From positions 12,014-76,013 of the forward strand of contig CAYNEI010000001.1 in NCBI GenBank assembly GCA_964396185.1: DNA of 64,000 nt, read 5' to 3'. Positions 51,839-60,491 of the stretch are shown one piece after another. Below the pieces are notes generated by a model. That model ran no database searches and had not been told where the DNA came from. It worked only from the letters and a program-made list of their open reading frames with translations. Source of the DNA: an uncultured Thermoplasmatales archaeon. GTDB taxonomy: Archaea; Thermoplasmatota; SW-10-69-26. Position numbers and translations under genes: made by a program. Numbering within the stretch: position 1 is the stretch's first letter; each line of letters starts with the position of its first letter.

Positions 51839-54286
51839 TTGAAGCGAGCACTCGTGATCCTTCTTGGAGCAACGATGGTGTTGGGGGTTCTTCCCTCGGC
51901 CATCGCTGAGCACAACGCCATCGGCGCGAAGGTAACTGCCGGGAACCCAGACCCTGTTCCCAGCGAGGAACCAGACATCCCCGACGCCATGCGGCCGATC
52001 TACCACGGCGGGGGCGCCCCTGCGCCGACGGTCGTGGACCCGGTCGCCTACCACGGAACCTACCCGCGCGTCTCACCCGAAGACCAGAGCGGTCTCGGGA
52101 TGGGCGAGTGGGTCGGGTACATCAACGGTGTCATCGAGTACGGCCCCAATCCCTTCGTCGCGGGAGCCTTCGACCAGGACAACGACCCGCTTTACCGCGT
52201 GTTCCCAGGGGACGACGCGTACTGCCAGAGCGTCGACGGCAAAGCCGACACCGGCGCTGACCCCGCGGACCCGAGCGACGACCCGTGCGCAGGGACCGGA
52301 CACGGTGTGAGCGTGGATCTCCCGACGAACCACCACCTCCAACAGCACCACATCGACGTGGTTCACCCAGATCGAGAGGGGAGTGGATTCATCTACCCAG
52401 GGTTGTACGATTTCTATGTCTACATCTTCGGGGAGGGCTCCAGCGACGTTCGCCCGGGCAGCGGTGCGTTCGACTACCTCGACGAGAGCCTGTGCGAGGA
52501 CCATCTCGCCAGCCTCAACATCGAGAACAACTTGGGTGACTGCACCCTCATCACCCCCACGGATCTCCAGAACCACGTCAGCAGCACCCTGACGGATGCC
52601 AACGGCGCGACCCAGGAGGCCGCATTCTGCGTGTTCGCACCCCGGTTCTACCAGGTCGGAGGCAGCGACGAGCCGCCGACGTGCCAGAACCGGATGGAGG
52701 ATTACGTCGAGCACACCGGGGCACCGACGTACCTCTCGAACAAGCCGGGCTGGTACGGTGGGAACTTCTTCATCGACCACATCGGCTCGACCGTTGCTGC
52801 CGAGGAAGTGGTTCTGAAGGGCGGTAGCCGCTCGGACATCTCGGCCGGCGGCATGTTCCATTACTACGTGAACCCCGTCCGACCGGTTGCTGAGCTTCGC
52901 TGTGCCTCACCACCTATCTCCACCACCGCCCCCGATAGCCTGGACACCGGGATCACCTTCGATGAAGCCAGCGGCACGTGGGCTGGAGACGGGGCCTTCG
53001 ATTACCTCGTCGAAGCCCACGACGTCGATGTCTACACGGCCATCGACTCCAACGCGGAGCGCCAATTCGTGGTCGACACTGTGAACGAGGTTCTCGATCA
53101 GGTTCCTGGCCTACCCCCCGAGGTCGGCCAACTCATCGATGACGCCATCGATGCAGCCGAGGCCCTGCTTGAGACCACGGACCCCATCGCAGACGCCGCC
53201 GACGAGCTCAGCGGACGGGCCTTCCCGTACACCCTGAACCGCGGGGAGCCCAACAGCGCCGATGACAGCTCGCACCTCTACACCCGGGATGCGACGGTCG
53301 ACATCGGTGTATGCGACGGCGGGCTCAACGACCCGGACAAGGTCGACGGTCTCTCGACCGTGTACTCGAACTACATCCAGGCCGACTACACCACGGGCCA
53401 GATCTTCAACGGCCTCGTGCTCCACGACTACACGGAGCTCGACGGGGAGGGCCTGCCCCGGGACTCCAACGAGCAAGGTTGGAACCCCTGGAACCCCAAC
53501 ACGTACACCTTCGACGGTGAGATCCTCGGCTTCCTGGACCACAACCCCAACGGCCAGCTCGACGCCTGCCCGTCTGGTGGCAACCAGATCGGCGCTGGCC
53601 AGGACCTCTGCGTGGCCCAGATCCGCTGGGACGTGAACAACCCCGACAGCGAGATCCAGGAGGCCAAAACGGAGACGTGGGCCCCCGCGAACGGGTTCGA
53701 CGACTTCACCGGGCTCTACTTCACCCTGAAGCTCACCGGCCCGGTGGCCACCTACGACCTGGAGAACACCCCAGACCAGAACGCCCAGGTCTTCTTCGAC
53801 CGGACCCGACTACTCGCCAGCGAGGGCCAGAACTGCATCGTGGGCATCAGCAAGGGCCTGCTCGACGACCCGGCCAACGACGCGCGGTTCCGCGAGCTCA
53901 TCGGTGCTGCGAGCGGTGAACAGACAGCCACCGACGGCCCCATCACGGACAAGCTGTGTGAGGGCGCTGACGGGGACGTCGCCTTCATCCGCGACGCGTT
54001 CGCCGACCAGGACAGCGCGGGGGACTTCGACGCCGCCTTCGAGTGGGTGAAGCTCTCCGCCACCCCCGAGGCCACCCACCCAGACACGGGCGATGGCCTC
54101 ACCTTCAACGCGGTGATCACCGTGGCCGAGACCGGCGACACGCTCACGGCCGGCAACCTTGAGCTAAGCGCGGCCACAGATGGCACCCCGACCCTGGAGA
54201 AGATCTGGACCGACGAAGATGGCGACAAGACGTTCGTGTGGACCGACCACGACGCCTTCGAGTCCACCCCAGACAACGCTGAGTGA
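51839..54286 (+). CDS. array paralog 2: ~800-aa acidic secreted protein, unknown family (EHN subtype)
   Basis: 815-aa ORF. TTG start 8 nt after GGAGG. Signal MKRALVILLGATMVLGVLPSAIA|EHN. Family blocks YPRVSPEDQSGLGMGEW, NKPGWYGG, FDYLVEAHDVDVYT, DHNPNGQLDACP, FTGLYFTLKLTGPVATYD, QNCIVGISKGLLDD, FVWTDHDAF. Confidence 0.85.
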   Translation: MKRALVILLGATMVLGVLPSAIAEHNAIGAKVTAGNPDPVPSEEPDIPDAMRPIYHGGGAPAPTVVDPVAYHGTYPRVSPEDQSGLGMGEWVGYINGVIEYGPNPFVAGAFDQDNDPLYRVFPGDDAYCQSVDGKADTGADPADPSDDPCAGTGHGVSVDLPTNHHLQQHHIDVVHPDREGSGFIYPGLYDFYVYIFGEGSSDVRPGSGAFDYLDESLCEDHLASLNIENNLGDCTLITPTDLQNHVSSTLTDANGATQEAAFCVFAPRFYQVGGSDEPPTCQNRMEDYVEHTGAPTYLSNKPGWYGGNFFIDHIGSTVAAEEVVLKGGSRSDISAGGMFHYYVNPVRPVAELRCASPPISTTAPDSLDTGITFDEASGTWAGDGAFDYLVEAHDVDVYTAIDSNAERQFVVDTVNEVLDQVPGLPPEVGQLIDDAIDAAEALLETTDPIADAADELSGRAFPYTLNRGEPNSADDSSHLYTRDATVDIGVCDGGLNDPDKVDGLSTVYSNYIQADYTTGQIFNGLVLHDYTELDGEGLPRDSNEQGWNPWNPNTYTFDGEILGFLDHNPNGQLDACPSGGNQIGAGQDLCVAQIRWDVNNPDSEIQEAKTETWAPANGFDDFTGLYFTLKLTGPVATYDLENTPDQNAQVFFDRTRLLASEGQNCIVGISKGLLDDPANDARFRELIGAASGEQTATDGPITDKLCEGADGDVAFIRDAFADQDSAGDFDAAFEWVKLSATPEATHPDTGDGLTFNAVITVAETGDTLTAGNLELSAATDGTPTLEKIWTDEDGDKTFVWTDHDAFESTPDNAE

Positions 54287-54315
54287 ACGCAGCGTCCGGC
54301 GTCCAACACCCACGT

Positions 54316-54360
54316 ACCCGCCCCGGGCCCCTCGGGCGCCCCGGGGCGGGTCTTCTTCTC
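54316..54360 (+). terminator. GC hairpin plus pyrimidine/T-rich tail
   Basis: ACCCGCCCCGGG / CCCGGGGCGGGT 12-bp arms (54316-54327 / 54340-54351), then CTTCTTCTCC. Confidence 0.55.
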
Positions 54361-54503
54361 CTCTCTCCGACGATCCGTTCACGTCCAGCTTTGGAGGGTG
54401 GAACCGAGGCTCAGGTCGCGGAAATGGCTAAGTAGCTGCAACTTAGTGACTCCTTAACACGGTCCCTTGGGTCCACCCACGGGGGCGTGAGGAGGTTGTC
54501 CAA

Positions 54504-56972
54504 ATGCGACGAGGCATCGCGCTCATCCTATGCTTGACGATGGTGCTGTGGGTCTTCCCCACAGCGCTTGCAGAGCACAACAACGCAGGGTACCGGATGA
54601 CGGTCGGTAACCCCGACCCGACCCCGACCGACGAGCCGGACATCCCGGACTCCGATCGGCCCGTTTTCCACGCAGGCGGCGATCCTGCTCCAGTTCTGGC
54701 GCGCGTGATCGCGTTCGAGGGAAGCTACCCGCGACTTTCGCCGGCCGACCAATCCGGCCTGGGGATGGGCGAGTGGATCGGCTACTTCAACGGGGTCGTC
54801 GAGTACATGGCCCCGCAGTTCGGGAGCCTTACCGGGGACGACCCGCTCTACCGGGTCAACTCCGGGGATGACGGGAATTGCCAGACACCCATGCAGAAAC
54901 TCGATACGGGCGCTGACCCGACGAACCCCAACGACGACCCGTGCTCGGGCGCGGGCCATGAATGGCAGTTCGACTTCCAGACGGCGAACTTCGTCCAACA
55001 ACACCACGCCGATCCGGTTAGCCCCGTCATCAGCGGAGGGGATCCCCTCAGTGGGTTCCTCCTCCCGGCGATGTACGACTTCTACGTCTACTTCTTCGGT
55101 GAGGGCTCCAGCGAGACCCGGCCCGGTGTTGGGACCCTGGACTACCTCGATGAGGACCTCTGCGACAAGCACCTTGCGAAGCTCGGGATCACCAACAACC
55201 TGGCTGACTGCACCCTGATCACGCCGGATGACCTCAACGGCCACCTTGGCCTCACGGATGCCAACGGTCAGGCCCAGGACGCGGCCATCTGCCAGTTCGC
55301 GCCCCGCTTCTTCCAGGTGGGCGGCGGCGACGAGCCCCCAACCTGCCAGAACTTCGTGGATAACTTCTACGACGAGTCCGGCCAAACGGGGTACATCACG
55401 AACAAGCCCGGTTGGTACGGCGGCCTCTGGTTCATCGACTACATGGGCTCGACGATCACCGCCGAGAACGTGGTCGTCAAGGAGGGTGTCCGCCAGGACA
55501 TCTCGGGCACGGGTCACTTCCACTTCTACGTGAACCCGGTCCGTCCTGATGCCGCGCTGCGCTGCGCCTCGCCCCCCATCTCCACCGACGCGCCTGACAG
55601 CCTGGATACCGGGACGGTGTTCGACGAGGAGACCGGGAGGTGGAGCGATGCCACGTTCGACTACCTCGTCGAGGCCCACGACGTCGATATGTACACGGGC
55701 GTGAAGGACCTGGGCGGGACCATCAACGACGCCGTGGATGAGGCCAACCGCGTCATCGGTGAGGTGCTCGACGAGATCCCCAACCTCCCCCCAGAGGTCG
55801 GCCAACTGATCGACGACACCATCGATGACGCCCAGAGTGCTGTGGACACTCTCCTAGAGACCACGGACCCCATCGCCGATGCGGCCAACGAGTTCAGCGG
55901 GCGGGCGTTCCCCTACACGCTCAACCGGGCCGAGCCCAACCACAACCTGGACGACTCGTACGCCTACTCGACGAGCGCCTCGGTCCAACTCGGCGTGTGC
56001 GACGGTGGCCTCCACGACCCCGCCGAGGTCGACGGCGTGGACACGAACTACTTCAACTACGTCCAGGCCGACTACACCACGGGCCAGGTCTTCAATGGCC
56101 TCGTCCTCCACGACTACACAGAGCTCGATGGAGAGGGCCTGCCCCGGGACTCCAACGAGCAAGGTTGGAACCCCTGGAACCCCAACACGTACACCTTCGA
56201 CGGTGAGATCCTCGGCTTCCTGGACCACAACCCCAACGGCCAGCTCGACGCCTGCCCGTCTGGTGGCAACCAGATCGGCGCTGGCCAGGACCTCTGCGTG
56301 GCCCAGATCCGCTGGGACGTGAACAACCCCGACAGCGAGATCCAGGAGGCCAAAACGGAGACGTGGGCCCCCGCGAACGGGTTCGACGACTTCACCGGGC
56401 TCTACTTCACCCTGAAGCTCACCGGCCCGGTAGCCACCTATGACCTGGAGAACACGCCCGACGAGGATCAGGCCACCTTCCTCGACCGGACCCGGGTGCT
56501 CTCCAGCGACGGCCAGAACTGCATCGTGGGCATCAGCAAGGGCCTGCTCGACGACCCGGCCACCGACGCCCGCTTCCGCACGCTGATCGGCGCTGGGAGC
56601 GGTGCACAGGGCCCGAACGCGGGCCCCATCACCGACGTTCTTTGCGAGGGTGCGGACGGGGACGTCGCGTTCATCAGCGACGCGTTCTTCGACCAGGGCA
56701 GTGCAGGCGACTTCGATGCTGCCTTCGAGTGGGTCAAGCTCTCCGCGACCCCTGAGGCCACCCACCCCGACATCGGGGATGGCCTCACGTTCAACGCGGT
56801 GATCACCGTTGCCGAGACCGGCGACACGCTCACGGCCGGCAACCTCGACTTGAGCAACGCCGAGCCCGGCGCGCCCACCCTCGAGAAGATCTGGTCTGAG
56901 GAGGACGGCGACATGACGTTCGTCTGGACCGACCACGACGCCTTCGAGTCCACCCCAGACAACGCTGAGTGA
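54504..56972 (+). CDS. array paralog 3: ~800-aa acidic secreted protein, unknown family (EHN subtype)
   Basis: 822-aa ORF. ATG 9 nt after GGAGG. Signal MRRGIALILCLTMVLWVFPTALA|EHN. Collinear with paralog 2 throughout. Confidence 0.85.
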   Translation: MRRGIALILCLTMVLWVFPTALAEHNNAGYRMTVGNPDPTPTDEPDIPDSDRPVFHAGGDPAPVLARVIAFEGSYPRLSPADQSGLGMGEWIGYFNGVVEYMAPQFGSLTGDDPLYRVNSGDDGNCQTPMQKLDTGADPTNPNDDPCSGAGHEWQFDFQTANFVQQHHADPVSPVISGGDPLSGFLLPAMYDFYVYFFGEGSSETRPGVGTLDYLDEDLCDKHLAKLGITNNLADCTLITPDDLNGHLGLTDANGQAQDAAICQFAPRFFQVGGGDEPPTCQNFVDNFYDESGQTGYITNKPGWYGGLWFIDYMGSTITAENVVVKEGVRQDISGTGHFHFYVNPVRPDAALRCASPPISTDAPDSLDTGTVFDEETGRWSDATFDYLVEAHDVDMYTGVKDLGGTINDAVDEANRVIGEVLDEIPNLPPEVGQLIDDTIDDAQSAVDTLLETTDPIADAANEFSGRAFPYTLNRAEPNHNLDDSYAYSTSASVQLGVCDGGLHDPAEVDGVDTNYFNYVQADYTTGQVFNGLVLHDYTELDGEGLPRDSNEQGWNPWNPNTYTFDGEILGFLDHNPNGQLDACPSGGNQIGAGQDLCVAQIRWDVNNPDSEIQEAKTETWAPANGFDDFTGLYFTLKLTGPVATYDLENTPDEDQATFLDRTRVLSSDGQNCIVGISKGLLDDPATDARFRTLIGAGSGAQGPNAGPITDVLCEGADGDVAFISDAFFDQGSAGDFDAAFEWVKLSATPEATHPDIGDGLTFNAVITVAETGDTLTAGNLDLSNAEPGAPTLEKIWSEEDGDMTFVWTDHDAFESTPDNAE

Positions 56973-57001
56973 ACGCAGCGTGCGGCGTCCAACAACCACG
57001 T

Positions 57002-57046
57002 ACCCGCCCCGGGCCCCTCGGGCGCCCCGGGGCGGGTCTTCCTCTT
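57002..57046 (+). terminator. GC hairpin plus pyrimidine/T-rich tail (same hairpin as 54316-54351)
   Basis: ACCCGCCCCGGG / CCCGGGGCGGGT arms at 57002-57013 / 57026-57037, then CTTCCTCTTCTCC. Confidence 0.55.
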
Positions 57047-57246
57047 CTCCATCCTTGCTTCCCTCTCTGCTCTAGGCGTGGGCCTCGTCCAGCCAACCGG
57101 TGGCGCGCCGCAGGCACGAACCGCTGGCGATCCCTGGGGAGTTAACCGGTGTCACTCAGATCGCTGCAGAGCCAACGGTTAAGCCATGAGGCCCCCATCG
57201 TGGGCCCGAGAGGCTGGCCACGCGCGTGGCCATGGGAGGCCCAAAG

Positions 57247-59577
57247 ATGCGAACCGGGATCGTGTTGCTCATCGGCTTGGTGACCCTGCTCAGTGGGCTC
57301 AGCCCAGCGCTTGCCCACCACAACGACGTGGGCGCGCGCTTCGCGGTTGGCAACCCGGACCCGGGGGTCTCGGACGAGCCGAACACGCGCGACGGGCTCC
57401 GGCCGGTCTACCACGCCGGAGGATCCCCGCCGACCCTGGCCTTCGTTGGCGACTACCCACGCCTCTCGCCGGCCGACCAGAGCGGGCTGGGCATGGGCGA
57501 CTGGATCGGCGTCATCGACGGCGTGGTCGAGACCTTCAGCGACGGGTTCGGCCAATGCGTGTTCAACCCGAGCTTCTTGGGCTGCAACCGCGACACGGAC
57601 CCCCTTTACCGCGCCAACCCCGCCAGCGACCACGGGGCCTGCCAGGGGGCCACCGAGCGTCTAGCGTCCGAGTGCGATGGGAGCGGGCACCCCTGGAAGC
57701 TGGATATCTGGCCAGGCGCGCGCGTGCAAGCCCAGCACTACGATGTTGTCGGCGGTGACGGGGCCGGGTTCCAGTTCCCAGGCAGCTACAGCTTCTATTT
57801 GTACCTCTTCGGCGACGGGAGCGGGGTGGCCGCCGGCCAGGGCACCTTCGACTACCTCGACCCTGACGAGCTTTGCGGCGAGACAACAGGCGCGGACACC
57901 TGCGCGCTGATCACTCCTGAGGATCTCAGCGACCACCTGCCCCCTGGCGCGGTGCCGGCGGTCTGCTTCTTCGCGCCCCAGTTCTTCCCGCTCACCCAGG
58001 CGTCCGATCTCGGCGAGTGCGCCCGGCAGAGCCGCTTCGACCAGTACATGGCGGACTCGGACTCCACCTTGTACCTAGCCAACAAGCCGGGCTGGTACGC
58101 CACGGCAGCCCTCGACGACCCCTTCGCGTCCACCCTCTCCTGGGCCAGCGTGCTCACCAAGGAGGGGGACCAGGACCACGTGTCCAACGTCTTCCACTTC
58201 TACGTCAACCCGGAGCCCCTGCCGTCCGAGAAATGGTGCGGGGCCCTGCCCGTGGCTACCTTGGCCACAGACAAGCTCGACACCGGTGTCCAGCCGGGGA
58301 TCGATGGGGGCTGGGTGGAGGGTGATCCCATCGCCTGGAACCTCCAGGGCCACGACCTGGACGTCTACACCAGCCCCACGAGCGATGCCAACGGGGCCCT
58401 CCAGCAAGCCGTCCAGGGCCTGCTCGACGAGCTGCCCACCCTGCCGCCTGGCCTCCAGGGGGTGGTGGACCAGGTTGGGGAGACGACCGTGGACACCCTG
58501 GACGAGGTGGGTCGCACCACCGACCCCTTCGTGGAGGCAACCCTCACGGCCGGCCAGCGCTTCGTAGCGATCAAGAGCGACGATGCCGGCCCCAACCACC
58601 CGCTGGACAACAGCCTCACGCTCTCGGCTCCCTCAGAGGGTCAGCAGTGCAGCTCGCTGGCGGGACTGGCTCGGGATGCCACCGGTCGCACCCACTTCTA
58701 CAACTACGTCGAGGCCGACATCCAGGGCATCACGCTCAAGGATCCCACGCACCTCGACGAGGACGGCCTTCCGGCCAAGGCCGACGAGCAGGGCTACAAC
58801 CCCTGGCACCCCCAGCAGTACACCTTCGGCGGCGAGCTCATCGTCTTCGACGACCGCAACGGCAACGTCCAGCGCGACGCCTGCCCCCAGGGCAACGATG
58901 CCCCAGACGAGTTCAGCCCGGACATCTGCGCGGCCCGGCTGCCGTGGGACCTCTCCAACCCAGAGGCCACCGCTGGCCAGGGCGCCAGCCTGGCCACCTT
59001 CGCGCGCGACAGGGGCTTCACCGACCCCACCGGCCTCTACTTCGTGCTCAACCTCACCGGCCGCCACCTCATCACCGACACCGAGCCCCCCACCGGCACC
59101 AGTGAGCTCGACCGCACCCAGCAGCGCAGCCGAGTGCTCATCACCGGCGGCCAACACTGCATCGTGGGCACCAGCAAGGGCCTGCTCGACGGGATCAGCG
59201 GCTCACGGTTGGCCACCACCCTAGGTCTGCCCAACCTCTCCGAGGCCGCGCTGCTGGACCACCTGTGCAGCGACGCCACGGGCGAGCGCATCCTGCTCGA
59301 GGACGGCTTCGAGGATCAGAGCCAGCTCGGCGAGATCGACGCCGGCATCGCCTGGACCAAGCTCTCGGCCACCCCAGATGTCTCCCTGAGCACCGACGAC
59401 GGGCTCACGCTCCATGCCCTTGTCACGGTGGAGGCCGACGGGGATGAGCTCACCCGGGGCAACCTGGAGCTGGGCACGGGCACCACGGCCACCCAGATCG
59501 CCACGTGGCAGGATGGCAGTGCCGTGAGCTACCGGTGGACGGACGTGGAGCTGTTCAGCTCGGAGCCGGCTGAGTAA
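57247..59577 (+). CDS. array paralog 4: acidic secreted protein, unknown family (HHN/THN subtype)
   Basis: ATG at 57247, 7 nt after GGGAGG (track ORF starts at 57226). Signal MRTGIVLLIGLVTLLSGLSPALA|HHN. 776 aa. It shares the family blocks but has subtype-specific WPGARVQAQHYD and YLYLFGDG. Confidence 0.8.
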   Translation: MRTGIVLLIGLVTLLSGLSPALAHHNDVGARFAVGNPDPGVSDEPNTRDGLRPVYHAGGSPPTLAFVGDYPRLSPADQSGLGMGDWIGVIDGVVETFSDGFGQCVFNPSFLGCNRDTDPLYRANPASDHGACQGATERLASECDGSGHPWKLDIWPGARVQAQHYDVVGGDGAGFQFPGSYSFYLYLFGDGSGVAAGQGTFDYLDPDELCGETTGADTCALITPEDLSDHLPPGAVPAVCFFAPQFFPLTQASDLGECARQSRFDQYMADSDSTLYLANKPGWYATAALDDPFASTLSWASVLTKEGDQDHVSNVFHFYVNPEPLPSEKWCGALPVATLATDKLDTGVQPGIDGGWVEGDPIAWNLQGHDLDVYTSPTSDANGALQQAVQGLLDELPTLPPGLQGVVDQVGETTVDTLDEVGRTTDPFVEATLTAGQRFVAIKSDDAGPNHPLDNSLTLSAPSEGQQCSSLAGLARDATGRTHFYNYVEADIQGITLKDPTHLDEDGLPAKADEQGYNPWHPQQYTFGGELIVFDDRNGNVQRDACPQGNDAPDEFSPDICAARLPWDLSNPEATAGQGASLATFARDRGFTDPTGLYFVLNLTGRHLITDTEPPTGTSELDRTQQRSRVLITGGQHCIVGTSKGLLDGISGSRLATTLGLPNLSEAALLDHLCSDATGERILLEDGFEDQSQLGEIDAGIAWTKLSATPDVSLSTDDGLTLHALVTVEADGDELTRGNLELGTGTTATQIATWQDGSAVSYRWTDVELFSSEPAE

Positions 59578-59661
59578 AGCGGGGAGCGTGGTTCGGTCAC
59601 AGCCACACCGCTTTGCGCTCCGAAAGACCTCGACGAGACCCTCGATAAAGGTCTTTAACCC

Positions 59662-59898
59662 ATGAGTCGTCTAAAGACCGATATGGCAGCTGGCGATCCA
59701 CTCCGGGAGGAGCTGATCGAGGATCTGGCGGCGCTTCCGGAGCACCACGTTCGAGAGGTCCACGATTTCATCCGGTTCCTCCGGTCGAAACAAGCTGAAC
59801 GGGATGACCCGGTTCTGGATGTTGCCGGCGTCTTCGACATGGAACCGTTGGACTCACGAGAGATCTATGAGACCCTCTACGGGGAGGACGCCGCCTGA
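59662..59898 (+). CDS. DUF2281/VapB-like antitoxin
   Basis: 78-aa ORF. LIEDLAALPEHHVREVHDFIRFLRSKQ matches the DUF2281 pattern (LP....v.dFv.FL). A PIN relic follows directly. Confidence 0.6.
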   Translation: MSRLKTDMAAGDPLREELIEDLAALPEHHVREVHDFIRFLRSKQAERDDPVLDVAGVFDMEPLDSREIYETLYGEDAA

Positions 59899-60346
59899 CA
59901 CCCGGATCGATTTCCGTGGACACGTAGGGCTGGCCCGCCCTCGGGAACAAGCGGGATGGCGACCACGAGCAAGTGGAAGCATTGTTCGGGCAACTTCACG
60001 ATGAAGGCGTCCCCCGACACACCTCTGACTACGTCCTCGATGAGCTGCTCTCCTTGCTGTTCCGACGCGTAGACCACGAGGGAGCCACCCGCTTCGTGGA
60101 GGGGATCCTGGAATCCGCGCACCGCGGCCACCTCAAGATCCATCGGGTGACTGCGGAGCGCTTCCGTGAAGCATGGGTCCTCCGGAAGCGCTACCAAGAC
60201 AAACCCTTGATCAGCTTCACCGATTTAACAAGCTTCGTACTCATTATCAGGAGCTCAAGCTTCCCCGGGTTCTCACGGATGATGGCCATTTCGAGCACGT
60301 CGATCTGGATGTCGAGCTCGTTCCTGGCGCGGCCTCACGCCGGTGA
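59895..60346 (+). pseudogene. decayed VapC (PIN-domain) toxin gene
   Basis: The frame overlapping the antitoxin stop reads ..GSISVDT, then TAG at 59925-59927, then GWPALGNKRDGDHEQVEALFGQL...DYVLDELLSLL...YQDKPLISFTDLTSFVLI. The conserved C-terminal LKLPRVLTDDGHFEHV is reached only after a frame shift near 60240. There is no ATG at the expected ATGA junction. Confidence 0.6.
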
Positions 60347-60491
60347 CGGCCCGCGCTTCTCTGTTGGCGAATCGGGCGCCAGGTAGGCGCCGAGTAACCG
60401 AAGCCCCCGTCACGGAAAGCATTAAACGTACATTGACCACTCCAAGCATGGGCTACGAGGCCGTAAGGCTAGGTCCAGTGGAGGTAGAGGC

